Source: Gemmatimonas sp. (lineage in GTDB: Bacteria > Gemmatimonadota > Gemmatimonadetes > Gemmatimonadales > Gemmatimonadaceae). Taken from it: DNA of 64,000 nt. The stretch is taken from the NCBI GenBank assembly GCA_965279375.1, contig OZ257156.1, positions 1,504,001 to 1,568,000 of the forward strand, written 5' to 3'. A model generated the notes under the pieces. That model worked only from the letters and a program-made list of their open reading frames with translations. It had not been told where the DNA came from and searched no databases. The position numbers were made by a program, and so were the translations under genes. Within the stretch, counting starts at the first letter, position 1. Every line of letters starts with the position of its first letter. This document shows positions 9,093 to 19,352 of the stretch, in pieces.

Positions 9093-10286
9093 TTACTTCG
9101 CGACGACCGCCTTGGCCAAACGCTCCATTGCTTTGCGGAACGGGAGCGACGGTTTGCCCGGCAGGATGTTCCACGCGTTGAACACCACCACGAGATCCCG
9201 ATCGGGGAAAGTCATCGGGAACTGTCCGCCAAAGCCTGAGCCGGTCCAGATGAATTTCTTGGCGTCGGTCGGGTCGGGATAGAGCCACCACTTGAAGCCA
9301 TACTGCGCGGAGTTGGGTGAGCTCCCGGTTGCGATGGACGGTGTGATGGATGCCTTGATCCAGTCAGCTGAAATCACGCGCTTGCCCTGCCAGAGGCCGC
9401 CCTGCCCGAAGAGATACCAGACGCGCGCGAGGTCCTGCGCGTCGAGATAGAGTCCGCCTTCGGTGTCGAGTGAGCCGGAGGGCGTGCGCTTCCAGAACCA
9501 CTGGGTGATGCCGATCGGCGCGAACAGATACTTGGCACCGTACTCCTCGAGATCGTAGCCGGTCGCCTGACGAAAGACGTGCGCGATGAGTGCGCTCTCG
9601 CCACTGCTGTAGTTGAACTTGGTGCCGGGCTCCCGCATCATCGGGCGGTCGATCGTGAACTTCACCCAGTCGGCGCTCTGTTCGAGTCCGCTCGCAGTGT
9701 TGTTCGGATCGATGTACGGCAAGCTCTCGTTCCAGTCGAAGCCACCGGTCATCGTCAGCAGATGCCGAATGGTGATGCGCCGCTTGCGATCGTCGATGTT
9801 GGCGACTTTGGTGGTGTCGAAGTAGCGCAGGATCGGCGTGTCGAGACTCGGAAACTCGCCGCGTGTGACCGCCGCGCCGATGATCACGGAGGCGACGGTT
9901 TTGGTGACCGATTGCAGCGTGTGCAGCGTGCCACGCCGATAGAACGGATGCCACCACGGGTTGAAGTAGTTGAACGGCCCGGTCAGATCGTGCGCGTTCA
10001 GCGCGTTCGTCACCTTCGCGGAGTCGCCGTAGGCCGCGTCGTAGTCGTGCGGGTACTTCGCATCGAACGCGATCTTGCCGTGCCGAATCACGAGAAACCG
10101 GTCCACGTTGCCGTAGGTGCCTGCCTTGATCTCGCGATCGATCGAGTCGAGCACGGCGACGTTCAGGCCGAGTGACGACGCCGAGGACACAGGCCACGCC
10201 TGCGCGCGCACGACGGACGGCGAGCCCGCGACGAAGAGCGTCGCAGCGAGCAGCAACAGGCGATCCTTCACAAGGACTCCAGGCAC
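9093..10286 (-). CDS. Serine hydrolase, beta-lactamase class C/AmpC-like family
   Basis: SxxK (QSVTK), ITIRHLLTMT, FNYSS and GxGFGGQ motifs, plus a signal peptide. Confidence 0.88.
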   Translation of the reverse strand: MPGVLVKDRLLLLAATLFVAGSPSVVRAQAWPVSSASSLGLNVAVLDSIDREIKAGTYGNVDRFLVIRHGKIAFDAKYPHDYDAAYGDSAKVTNALNAHDLTGPFNYFNPWWHPFYRRGTLHTLQSVTKTVASVIIGAAVTRGEFPSLDTPILRYFDTTKVANIDDRKRRITIRHLLTMTGGFDWNESLPYIDPNNTASGLEQSADWVKFTIDRPMMREPGTKFNYSSGESALIAHVFRQATGYDLEEYGAKYLFAPIGITQWFWKRTPSGSLDTEGGLYLDAQDLARVWYLFGQGGLWQGKRVISADWIKASITPSIATGSSPNSAQYGFKWWLYPDPTDAKKFIWTGSGFGGQFPMTFPDRDLVVVFNAWNILPGKPSLPFRKAMERLAKAVVAK

Positions 10287-10328
10287 GAGAGGTTGGGCCC
10301 ACGACTGCCCAAGATTCTCGCGGTTTCG

Positions 10329-10919
10329 CTACGTCATCGCAACTCGCCGAAAGAACAGCGTCGTATCGCAGTAGCCACCGTGCGGCAGCAGCGCATAGTC
10401 TGGAATCACTCCGGCGCGAATCCACCCCAGCCGCGCGTACAACCGCTCCGCGTCGTCACTCGCGGTATCGAGCACGAGCAGTGATTTCCCGCAGTCGCGC
10501 GCCGTCTCCTCGGCCGCACGCAGCAACGCTTCGCCTACACCAAGGCGACGCATGCGGCGATGCACGAGCATCTTGGAGAGATCAGCGCGATGCGGTTGGT
10601 TCTCCGGCTGGCCGAGAATGAGCTGGACCGTGCCGCATACACCCGTCGCGTCCGTAGCGATGAGCAACGCACGGTCGCCAGCCGCGGTACCGCGCGCCAC
10701 CTCCGTCCAGAACGCGACTGCGCGCTCGCGCGACAGCGGATGCATGAAACTCACCGACGCGCCCCCCTCCACGCAGTCGATGAGTACGTCAGCGAGATCC
10801 GACAACGTCGCCTCATCCAGCTCCGTCACGCGTCGGACACTGTACGTCGCGCTCGACACGGGCTCGCCGGTGGCGCTTTCATCTGAAGCACTGCTGGAGT
10901 CATTACCGAGTGCGTGCAT
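10329..10919 (-). CDS. GNAT family N-acetyltransferase
   Basis: DCVEGGASVSFM, NQPHRADLSKMLVHRRMRRLGVG, LLVLDTA and LYARLGW. GAGGG RBS upstream of ATG 10919. Confidence 0.88.
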   Translation of the reverse strand: MHALGNDSSSASDESATGEPVSSATYSVRRVTELDEATLSDLADVLIDCVEGGASVSFMHPLSRERAVAFWTEVARGTAAGDRALLIATDATGVCGTVQLILGQPENQPHRADLSKMLVHRRMRRLGVGEALLRAAEETARDCGKSLLVLDTASDDAERLYARLGWIRAGVIPDYALLPHGGYCDTTLFFRRVAMT

Positions 10920-10926
10920 GAATCCC

Positions 10927-11535
10927 TCAGCGCGACATGGACGCCGACGCCAGCACGACGGCGTAGCGCGCAGCCGACCGGGTCGGATTGTGAAACATCG
11001 TGGGCTGATCGAGTTGCATCGCCAAGCAGTCGCCTTCGCGCAGTTGATGGCGTTCGTTGCCGATGGTGATGTCCATCGAGCCCGACAACATCCACACCTG
11101 CTGATAGACGCGCACGTCGCGCGCCCCCGTTTCGAACGCCACCCGCGCGCCCGGCGGGAAGTGCACCTCCACGATCTGCATCGGCTGCGAGGTGCCGGTC
11201 GGCGACACGTTGCGGCGGCGATAGCCCGACGCCGGATCGGTCCACTCCGACTGCGACTCGCGCCGTGCGATCGGCCCGCTCTCCGCTTCCATCGCCGATG
11301 ACGGCGCATCAAAGAGTGATGCCAACGCCACACCGAGCGCGGTGGCCAGCTTCTCCAGCACCACAGCGGTTGGACTGCTCTCCCCGCGCTCGATGAGCGA
11401 GATCATCGATCGACTGACCCCGCTGCTCCCCGCCAGCGCATCGAGCGACAGCCCCTGCGCCGCGCGAAGTTCGCGCACGCGCTCGGCGATGCGTCTGTTG
11501 AGGTCGGTTGGCAGAGTCGCCGGGGAGTCTGTCAT
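10927..11535 (-). CDS. XRE-family HTH plus cupin transcriptional regulator
   Basis: LSLDALAGSSGVSRSMISLIERGESSPT HTH followed by a C-terminal cupin (LREGDCLAM...FHNP). The start may be TTG 11553. Confidence 0.88.
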   Translation of the reverse strand: MTDSPATLPTDLNRRIAERVRELRAAQGLSLDALAGSSGVSRSMISLIERGESSPTAVVLEKLATALGVALASLFDAPSSAMEAESGPIARRESQSEWTDPASGYRRRNVSPTGTSQPMQIVEVHFPPGARVAFETGARDVRVYQQVWMLSGSMDITIGNERHQLREGDCLAMQLDQPTMFHNPTRSAARYAVVLASASMSR

Positions 11536-11548
11536 GGTGGACACAATA

Positions 11549-11562
11549 TCCAATATGCTGGA
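11549..11562. promoter_or_regulatory. Imperfect palindrome TCCAATATGCTGGA, candidate XRE auto-operator
   Basis: TCCA-N6-TGGA immediately upstream of the XRE gene. Confidence 0.5.
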
Positions 11563-11746
11563 CGAAACGTCAATCCGCGTTCGACAGAGGGCCTCGGGGG
11601 AGCTCGGGAGGAAGGTTACCGCCTGAATCCGTCATTGCCGAACCCCTGCGGCGACCCCAACATCGACCGGAAGCTCGACCACGACACGGCAGGCCGCACG
11701 GCACGCTGCCTCGACTCGCACACCGGACCGCCTCTCGCTCTCAATC

Positions 11747-12127
11747 ATGACCACCATCGACGAGTACATCGCCGGATTCCCCGCCGAGGTGCAGCAGATC
11801 CTGACGCGCATTCGTGCGACGATTCGCAAAGCGGCGCCGGATGCTGAAGAAGTCATCAGCTATCGCATGCCTGCCTTCAAGCAGGGTGGGATCCTGGTCT
11901 ACATTGGAGCGTTCAAATCGCATATCGGCCTGTATCCGCCGGTCAGCGACCCGGCGCTCCAGCGCGAAACGGCGCGCTACGCTGGTGAAAAGGGGAACCT
12001 GCGATTTCCCTACGATGAGCCCATGCCGTACGACCTGATTGGCCGCATCGTGCGGCAACGAGTCCAAGCACAGCTGTCCAAGGCCGCGAGCAAGCGCCCG
12101 CGCAAGAAACCCAACACCACCAAATGA
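11747..12127 (+). CDS. DUF1801/YdhG-like protein
   Basis: TIDEYIAGFP...IRKAAPDAEEVISYRMPAF...HIGLYP...KGNLRFP..EPMPYDLI. Confidence 0.85.
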   Translation: MTTIDEYIAGFPAEVQQILTRIRATIRKAAPDAEEVISYRMPAFKQGGILVYIGAFKSHIGLYPPVSDPALQRETARYAGEKGNLRFPYDEPMPYDLIGRIVRQRVQAQLSKAASKRPRKKPNTTK

Positions 12128-15087
12128 CCGACAGTTTTCGCGACGGAATTCAGCAGGCGTTGGGTACGCAGTTCGTTCTGGGGCGAGAGCTGGGCGGCGG
12201 TGGCATGAGTCGAGTCTTTCTCGCGCGGGATGTGCAGTTGGGGCGCGAGGTCGTCGTGAAGGTGTTGTCGCCGGAGTTGGCGCAGGAGCTCTCCGTCGAG
12301 CGCTTTGGCCGAGAGATCGGCTTGGCGGCCGCGTTGCAGCACGCCAACATCGTTCCGGTACTCTCGGCGGGCATTTCGGCCGACGGCATCCCGTACTACC
12401 TGATGCCGTTCGTGGAAGGCGCGTCGTTGCGCGATCTGGTTGGTGGTGGCAAGACGCTGCCGATGGCCGACGTGCTGCTCGTGCTCAATGACGTGGCGCG
12501 CGCGCTGGCGTATGCGCACGGGCGTGGCGTCGTCCATCGCGACATCAAGCCGGACAACGTGATGCTCTCGGGCGGCGCCGCCCTCGTCACCGACTTCGGC
12601 ATCGCCAAGGCGATGAGCTCCGCGCGCGAGACCAAGCCCGAGAACACGCTCACGCGCATGGGCACTTCCATCGGCACGCCGTCGTACATGGCGCCCGAGC
12701 AGGGTGCCGGCGACCCGGATACCGATCATCGCGCCGACATCTATGCATATGGCGCGATGGCGTTTGAACTGCTCACCGGCGCGCCACCGTTCGGCGATCG
12801 GCCACCACATGCGCAGCTCATCGCGCATCTCTCCGAAGCGCCCAAGCCTGTGGCGTCGCTGCGCACCGACACGCCGGAGCCGCTCGCGCAGCTCGTGATG
12901 CGTTGTCTCGAGAAGGATCCAGCGCATCGCCCGCAGAATGCCGGTGAGCTGCTGGAGAGTTTGGCCGACGCCAGCAGCGCGCTGCGCACCGGCACCACGG
13001 GACAGTTCGGCGCACGTCCCACGACGGGGAGCAACCGTGCCACGCCTGCCAACGCAGGCCCTAACGCGTCGCGCTCGAAGGCAGGCCTGCTGGTCGGTGC
13101 GGTGGTGCTGATCGCGGCGGCCGCCGGTGGATGGTATGCCTTCGGACGCGGGAAGACCGCGAGCGGCCCTGATGCGAACTCGCTCGCGGTCATGCCGTTC
13201 ACCGTGCGCGATGCCTCGCTGCAAGTGTGGCGCGAAGGGTTGGTCGACATTCTCTCGCGCAGCCTCGACGGCGCGGGCGACATTCACACCGTCGCTCCAT
13301 CGGCCAGTATCGCTGACGCGCCCGCACGTGCGGACGCTGCGACGGCGACCGCGCGCGGCCAGGCGCTCGGCGCTGGACTGGTGCTGTTCGGCGACTTGAA
13401 CGCGGTCGGCTCGGACTCGGTGCGAGTGCGTGCGGCGGTGGTCGATGTCGCGACGGGAAAGGTGCGACACGATGTGGACGTCAGTGGCGAAGTCTCACGC
13501 ATGGACGCGCTCGCGGACTCGCTCTCGATTCGTGTCATTCGTGCGTTAGGTGCTGGTGGTGCACTCGGCGGCAATGCCCGTGGCGCGTCGATCGGCACCT
13601 CGTCGCTCGCTGCGCTCAAGGCGTATCTGCAAGGCACACAGTACTACCGCCGTGGTGTCACCGATTCGTCGCTGCTCGCATTCCAGAGCGCAGTCGCTGC
13701 CGACTCCATGTTTGCACTCGGGTGGCGCGGTGTCGCCTCCATCTACGTGCGCACCGGGCGCGAAGCCGAGCCGGAGGCGAAGATCGCACTTGACCGCGCC
13801 ATCCGGTACAAGTCGGGACTCGCTCCGCGCGACAGCCTGCTGCTGCATGGCGATTCGCTGCGTATGTCGGCGGCGTTGCGCACGCAGGTGGCCAACGATG
13901 CCACGGCGGACATTCCTGAACTGAACGCGCTCTTCACCACGCTGCGCGAAGCAACGAAGCGTTATCCGGGCGATGCGGAGCTGTGGTTTGAACTCGGCGA
14001 TGCGGGTTTTCATTTTGGCGCGCTCGCTGGCGTGCACGACTCGATTGCTCTGTCGGACTTCACGCGCGCGATCGCGCTGGATTCCAGTCTGCTCGTGTCG
14101 TACGTGCACGCGCAGACGCTGTCGATGCGGGCGAACAAGTACCGTGACGCCGCCGCCTACTCGCGCGGCCTGATGCGATTGATGCCAGCTGCCGCACGTG
14201 ACTACTATCGCCTGCAGGCGCTGCTGCTCGATTCGTTGCCGGCGATCAACAGTGTCGCGCGCGAGTTGATGGATTCGCTTCCCGTTGCGTACGGCGGCTC
14301 GGTGCTGTCCGAACTCATGCGTGTGCCGGAGGCCGCGCCGTTCACGATGGCATTGGCGCAGACCCAGTCCGAGCGGCTCGCAGCGAATCCTGGACTGAAA
14401 GACTCGGCGGCGCTCGCCACCGCCCTGCGATTTATGCGCGCCTGGGGCGGTATGCTCGATGCCGCGACCGTCGCGGGGCTCCGTCCGGGCGATCGCTCAC
14501 AACTGGCGGTGGTTGGCGTGCTGCCGAGCGCGCCCGTGCTGGCCGAAGCGCTGGACCTGCTCAAGCGCGAGCCGGCCTCGATGTCGTCCATGCTGCCTCT
14601 GCTCGCGGCGGCACACGACACGACGGCGATCGCGCGACTGGCGGCGGTGTTCGACAGTCTGGATCGCGCGGGAGGGCCCGGCGCCGCTGGCCGTTCGACG
14701 CATCTGCGCGACTATGCGCGCGCCATGGGCGCGCTCGCGCGTGGTGACAGTGCGGCGGCGCTGCGCGGACTGCTGGCGCTGCCGATCACCAAGTGCGACG
14801 GCGCGCCGTGCGGCGGCTACATGCTCTCGCAGCTCCTGGCGCGCGCAGGCCGCGACGCCGAGGCGGCGCGCGTGCTCGATCGCTGGCTGCCGCTGGCCTC
14901 TCCGCAGATGATCGGTCCGGGCGCGATGCGCCTGCGGGCGCAGGTCGCGGAACGCCTCGGGGACAAGGCGACCGCGAGCGTCTGGTACCGCCGGGTCGCG
15001 GCCCGCTGGGGTGGAGGCAACGAAGCCGTCCGGGCGATCGTGACCGAGGCGCAGGACGGGCTCAAGCGGACGTCGGGCGGGCGCTGA
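12124..15087 (+). CDS. Hanks-type Ser/Thr protein kinase with one TM segment, a TolB-N-like domain and a TPR-like C-terminus
   Basis: LGGGGMSRVF, VVVK, HRDIKPDN, DFG, GTPSYMAPE and DIYAYG. TM segment GLLVGAVVLIAAAAGGWY. LAVMPF, then helical repeats. Confidence 0.92.
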   Translation: MTDSFRDGIQQALGTQFVLGRELGGGGMSRVFLARDVQLGREVVVKVLSPELAQELSVERFGREIGLAAALQHANIVPVLSAGISADGIPYYLMPFVEGASLRDLVGGGKTLPMADVLLVLNDVARALAYAHGRGVVHRDIKPDNVMLSGGAALVTDFGIAKAMSSARETKPENTLTRMGTSIGTPSYMAPEQGAGDPDTDHRADIYAYGAMAFELLTGAPPFGDRPPHAQLIAHLSEAPKPVASLRTDTPEPLAQLVMRCLEKDPAHRPQNAGELLESLADASSALRTGTTGQFGARPTTGSNRATPANAGPNASRSKAGLLVGAVVLIAAAAGGWYAFGRGKTASGPDANSLAVMPFTVRDASLQVWREGLVDILSRSLDGAGDIHTVAPSASIADAPARADAATATARGQALGAGLVLFGDLNAVGSDSVRVRAAVVDVATGKVRHDVDVSGEVSRMDALADSLSIRVIRALGAGGALGGNARGASIGTSSLAALKAYLQGTQYYRRGVTDSSLLAFQSAVAADSMFALGWRGVASIYVRTGREAEPEAKIALDRAIRYKSGLAPRDSLLLHGDSLRMSAALRTQVANDATADIPELNALFTTLREATKRYPGDAELWFELGDAGFHFGALAGVHDSIALSDFTRAIALDSSLLVSYVHAQTLSMRANKYRDAAAYSRGLMRLMPAAARDYYRLQALLLDSLPAINSVARELMDSLPVAYGGSVLSELMRVPEAAPFTMALAQTQSERLAANPGLKDSAALATALRFMRAWGGMLDAATVAGLRPGDRSQLAVVGVLPSAPVLAEALDLLKREPASMSSMLPLLAAAHDTTAIARLAAVFDSLDRAGGPGAAGRSTHLRDYARAMGALARGDSAAALRGLLALPITKCDGAPCGGYMLSQLLARAGRDAEAARVLDRWLPLASPQMIGPGAMRLRAQVAERLGDKATASVWYRRVAARWGGGNEAVRAIVTEAQDGLKRTSGGR

Positions 15088-15385
15088 CCGGCCGCCGCAT
15101 TCTGCTATAAGGGATGTATTTCCAGTATACCGGATGGTCGTTCGAATGATGAACATCACGAAATCGGCGACGAGCTAACGGGCGACGGGAACTGATGCGA
15201 CTTTATTCCCGCTCGGTTCTATGGACGGCACGCCGCATGCGACGCTACTTATAGAACACACGCTCGTCCTGCTTGTCAGATGACCGACTCGTCGGCTGGG
15301 TCTGCAGTCCAGCCATCGATGTAGTTCCCGCCCTATCTGCATGAGCGATCGCGGCGTCGAAGACACGTCGCGGAGGTCAACCCGT

Positions 15386-17890
15386 TTGAAGAAGCTCGCA
15401 TTTGCGACGGTCGCGGCTGTTACGGCCGCCGTCTCGTTCAAAGTCGGAGCGGCCGTTGGCGCAGAAGCGCCCGCGTGGCGCAACCGCGCGCCTTCCGTGC
15501 CCGCTGCAGCGCCCGTCGCCCTCAAACCGTTGCGTCGCGTGCTTGGCGCGCCGAGTGCGGTGGTGGGCGCGCGCGGCATCTCGATCGACGCGATGAACGA
15601 CGTGGTCGCGAAGTATTGCACCGAGTGTCACAACGACGTCGAGAAGACGGGCAATCAGTCGTTCGACGCATTCGATCTCTCCAAGTCGGATCAGAACGTC
15701 GCGCAGGCGGAGAAGATGATCCGCAAGCTGCGCGCGGAGATGATGCCGCCGCCGGGTCAACCTCGCCCCAAGGGCGACACGTTGCTGGCGCTCGTGGAAA
15801 CAATGGAAGCGACGATCGACAAGGCGGCGGGCAAGCCTAACCCCGGGTCTCGTCCGTTCCAGCGTCTCAATCGCCCCGAGTACGAGCGCACCATCAAGGA
15901 CCTGCTCGGCCTCGATGTGAACGCGGCCGATTATCTGCCGCTCGATACCAAGAGCGCGAACTTCGACAACATCGCCGACGTGCAGGGGCTCTCTCCCACG
16001 CTGCTCGAGGCGTATCTGAATGCGGCGGCCTCGGTGAGCCGCATGGCGATCGGCGACAAGACCGCGGCGCTGTCACAGAACACCTACGTCGTCTCGCCGT
16101 TCGGGTCGCAGCATCCGTGGGATCATGTGGAGGGCACGCCGTACGGCACGCGCGGCGGCATCGTTGCGACGCACACGTTCCCTGCAGATGGCATGTACCA
16201 GCTGCGCATGAACGTGGAAGGCGGCGTCGGCTTCGAGATGCAGGACATCGACATCTCTATCGATGGTGAGCGCAAGGCACTGCTCAAGTACGAGCGTGGT
16301 GTCGAAAGCACTAACGCGTCTGCCGACACACCGCTCGGCGTCGACATCATCCGCTCCGAGCCGTTCATGGTGAAGGCGGGTCAGCAGAAGCTGACGGCGG
16401 CGTTCGTGAATCGCGGCGACGGCCCGTACGAAGACCTGGTCAAGCCGCACGGCTGGTCGCTCGCGTCGCACGGCACCGCCAGCGCTGGCAGCACCACGCC
16501 GCCGCATCTGATGGACATCACCATCGTCGGCCCGATCAAGACGATGGGCGTGTCGGAAACACCGTCGCGCAAGGCGATCTTCACTTGCCGCCCGGCGAGC
16601 AAGTCGGCGATCGCCGAACGTGCGTGCGCGCAGCAGATCGTGACGCGCATCGGCACGCGCGCATATCGCCGTCCGTTGACCGCGCGCGATGTGAACGGGC
16701 TGATGTCGTTCTACACTGCCAGCGCAGCCAAGGGCGGCTTCGAGGCCGGCGTGCAGAATGCGCTGCAGGCCATCCTCGCCAGCCCGCACTTCGTGTTCCG
16801 CATCGAGGGCGCGCCGGCCAACATCGCGGCCGGTGAAGACTATCAGATCAGCGACATCGATCTCGCGTCGCGGCTGTCGTTCTTCCTCTGGGGTAGCATT
16901 CCCGACAATCAGCTGCTCACGCTCGCGCAGACCAAGCAGCTGTCGAATGCCAAGGTGCTCGATGCGCAGGTGAAGCGGATGCTCGCCGATCCGCGCGCCG
17001 AAGCGCTCTCGTCGCGCTTTGCAGCGCAGTGGCTCCGCCTGCAGGACGTGGACAAGGTGCGCCCGGATGCCTTCTGGTTCCCCGACTACGACCAGCAGCT
17101 CTCGGACGCGATGCAGACCGAGACGAAGCTGTTCTTCGACCACATCGTCAAGGAAGATCGCAGCGTCCTCGAGCTCTTCTCGGCGGACTACACGTTCGTC
17201 AACGAGCGACTGGCACAGCACTACGGCATGACTGGCGTGGCGGGCAAGGAATTCCGTCGCGTGGCGTATCCCGACACCACGCGACGTGGCCTGTTGGGTC
17301 ATGGCAGCGTGCTGGTGCAGACGTCGCTCGCCAATCGCACGTCGCCGGTGTTGCGCGGCAAGTGGGTGATGGAAGTGCTCATCGGCATGCCGCCTCCACC
17401 GCCGCCGCCGAACGTTCCTACGCTCGACGAAACCGCGGATGGCAAGGACGGTCGTCAGCTCACCACGCGCGAGCGCGTCGAGATGCACCGCAAGAATCCG
17501 GTGTGCTCGAGCTGCCACCAGTACATGGATCCGATCGGCCTGTCGCTCGACAACTTCGACGTGACCGGCAAGTACCGCTTCCGCGAGAACGCGATGTTGC
17601 TGGATACACGCGGCAACCTGTACGACGGCACGCCCGTCGGCAGCGAGTCGGAGTTGGTGCGCGCGCTGCTCAAGCGCCCGATTCCGTTGGTGCGGAACTT
17701 CACCGAGAACCTGATGGCCTACGCGTTGGGCCGTCGTGTGGAAGACTACGATCAGCCGGCCATCCGGACGATCGTGCGTGATGCACAAGCGAAGGGCTTC
17801 AAGATGTCGTCGTTCATTACGTCGATCGTTCACAGCAGCGCCTTCCGCAGCAAGCGGGCGGATGCTGTCGCTGCCACAGACACGAAGTAA
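15386..17890 (+). CDS. DUF1592/DUF1588/DUF1585/DUF1587/DUF1595 (PSD/PSCyt) family c-type cytochrome-like protein
   Basis: CTECH and CSSCH haem motifs, MMPPP, RLNRPEYERTIKDLLG, LASRLSFFLWGSIPD and TSPVLRGKWV. GGAGG RBS before TTG 15386 (the ORF track starts at 15341). Confidence 0.9.
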   Translation: MKKLAFATVAAVTAAVSFKVGAAVGAEAPAWRNRAPSVPAAAPVALKPLRRVLGAPSAVVGARGISIDAMNDVVAKYCTECHNDVEKTGNQSFDAFDLSKSDQNVAQAEKMIRKLRAEMMPPPGQPRPKGDTLLALVETMEATIDKAAGKPNPGSRPFQRLNRPEYERTIKDLLGLDVNAADYLPLDTKSANFDNIADVQGLSPTLLEAYLNAAASVSRMAIGDKTAALSQNTYVVSPFGSQHPWDHVEGTPYGTRGGIVATHTFPADGMYQLRMNVEGGVGFEMQDIDISIDGERKALLKYERGVESTNASADTPLGVDIIRSEPFMVKAGQQKLTAAFVNRGDGPYEDLVKPHGWSLASHGTASAGSTTPPHLMDITIVGPIKTMGVSETPSRKAIFTCRPASKSAIAERACAQQIVTRIGTRAYRRPLTARDVNGLMSFYTASAAKGGFEAGVQNALQAILASPHFVFRIEGAPANIAAGEDYQISDIDLASRLSFFLWGSIPDNQLLTLAQTKQLSNAKVLDAQVKRMLADPRAEALSSRFAAQWLRLQDVDKVRPDAFWFPDYDQQLSDAMQTETKLFFDHIVKEDRSVLELFSADYTFVNERLAQHYGMTGVAGKEFRRVAYPDTTRRGLLGHGSVLVQTSLANRTSPVLRGKWVMEVLIGMPPPPPPPNVPTLDETADGKDGRQLTTRERVEMHRKNPVCSSCHQYMDPIGLSLDNFDVTGKYRFRENAMLLDTRGNLYDGTPVGSESELVRALLKRPIPLVRNFTENLMAYALGRRVEDYDQPAIRTIVRDAQAKGFKMSSFITSIVHSSAFRSKRADAVAATDTK

Positions 17891-17934
17891 CGCACTTACC
17901 GTCGCGCACTCACCGCGAGTCGAGGAGACCGCTC

Positions 17935-19341
17935 ATGCATTTCCGTCCAGGACAGCCGCTGCCGCGCCGCACCTTCCTCAAGGGCATGGGCGCTGTCGTC
18001 GCCCTGCCGTATCTCGACGCGATGGAACCATCAATGCGTTCGGTGGCGAGACGCGGCGTGGACGCGGCGGTGCGCGATAAGACGCGGTTCGTCGCGATCG
18101 AGTCGGTGCATGGCGCCGCAGGCTCCAACGTGTGGGGCGCGTCCAAGAATCTCTGGGCGCCGGCCGGTGTCGGTCGCGACTTCACGCTCACGCCTGAGAG
18201 CGCGCTGTCGCCGCTCGAGCCATGGCGCAACTATCTCACGATCGTCAGCAACACCGACGTGCGGATGGCCGAAGCGTTCGATGCGCCGGAAATCGGCGGC
18301 GATCACTTCCGCTCCAGTGCGGTGTTCCTCACGCAGGCGCACCCCAAGCAGACGCAGGGATCCGACCTGTACGTCGGCACGTCGATGGACCAGCTCATCG
18401 CCAAGAAGCTGGGTGCCGATACGGCGATTCCTTCGATGCAGCTCTGCATCGAGAATCTCGACCAGGCCGGAGGTTGCTACTACAACTACGCCTGCGCGTA
18501 CACGGACACGATCAGCTGGGCCAGCCCGAGCGAGCCGCTGCCGATGATCCGCAATCCGCGCATCGCGTTCGACCTGCTCTTTGGCGCCGGCAACAACAAC
18601 GCCGATCGCGTGTCGCGTCGTGCGGCCAATCGCAGCATCCTCGATTGGATCATGGGTGAGACGGCGTCGCTCAAGAAGGAACTCGGCGCTGCCGACAAGC
18701 AGCGTCTCGACAAGTATCTCGAGGATATCCGCGAACTCGAGCGTCGCATTCAGGCCGTGGAAGCGAAGAACTCCAGCGGCGATCCGCGCGAGCTGCCCGA
18801 AGCGCCCGTGGGCGTGCCGGACTCGTTCGCGGAGCACATGAAGCTGATGTTCGACTTCCAGGTGCTCGCGTTCCAGTCGGACATGACGCGCGTCTTCTCG
18901 TTCAAGACCGGTCGCGATGCCTCGAGTCGTGCGTACCCGGAAAGCGGCACCGACAAGGGCTTCCACCCGGCGTCGCACCATGGTGGACGCGAAGCGGCCA
19001 TCCTGGATTTCAACAAGATCAATCAGTACCACATGGCGATGTTGCCGTACTTCCTCGACAAGTTGAAGAACACGATGGAAGGCGACACGAACCTGCTCGA
19101 GAAGACGACGATCCTGTACGGGTCGCCGATGGGCGATGCGAATCTGCACAACCATCGCCGCTGCCCGCTCATTCTCTTGGGCAAGGGCAACGGACAGCTC
19201 GCGGGCAACGTGCATCTCAAGGCACCGGACGGCACGCCGATGGCGAACGTCATGCTTTCGCTGCTGCATCAGATGGGGCGCGACGACGTGCGGTCCTTCG
19301 GCGACAGCACGGGCGAATTCGCACTCTCGGTTCACGCGTAA
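17935..19341 (+). CDS. DUF1552 (HXXSHH) family protein
   Basis: Tat-like RRTFLKG...LPYLDAM leader, SMDQ, CYYNYAC, ISW, HPASHH and GSPMGD.NLH. GAGGAG RBS. Confidence 0.9.
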   Translation: MHFRPGQPLPRRTFLKGMGAVVALPYLDAMEPSMRSVARRGVDAAVRDKTRFVAIESVHGAAGSNVWGASKNLWAPAGVGRDFTLTPESALSPLEPWRNYLTIVSNTDVRMAEAFDAPEIGGDHFRSSAVFLTQAHPKQTQGSDLYVGTSMDQLIAKKLGADTAIPSMQLCIENLDQAGGCYYNYACAYTDTISWASPSEPLPMIRNPRIAFDLLFGAGNNNADRVSRRAANRSILDWIMGETASLKKELGAADKQRLDKYLEDIRELERRIQAVEAKNSSGDPRELPEAPVGVPDSFAEHMKLMFDFQVLAFQSDMTRVFSFKTGRDASSRAYPESGTDKGFHPASHHGGREAAILDFNKINQYHMAMLPYFLDKLKNTMEGDTNLLEKTTILYGSPMGDANLHNHRRCPLILLGKGNGQLAGNVHLKAPDGTPMANVMLSLLHQMGRDDVRSFGDSTGEFALSVHA

Positions 19342-19352
19342 CCGCACCGATC

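Noticed and set aside
9093..10286. Antibiotic-resistance beta-lactamase
   Set aside because: It has the SxxK fold but YSS in place of YxN and lacks KTG, so it is better called a generic serine hydrolase.
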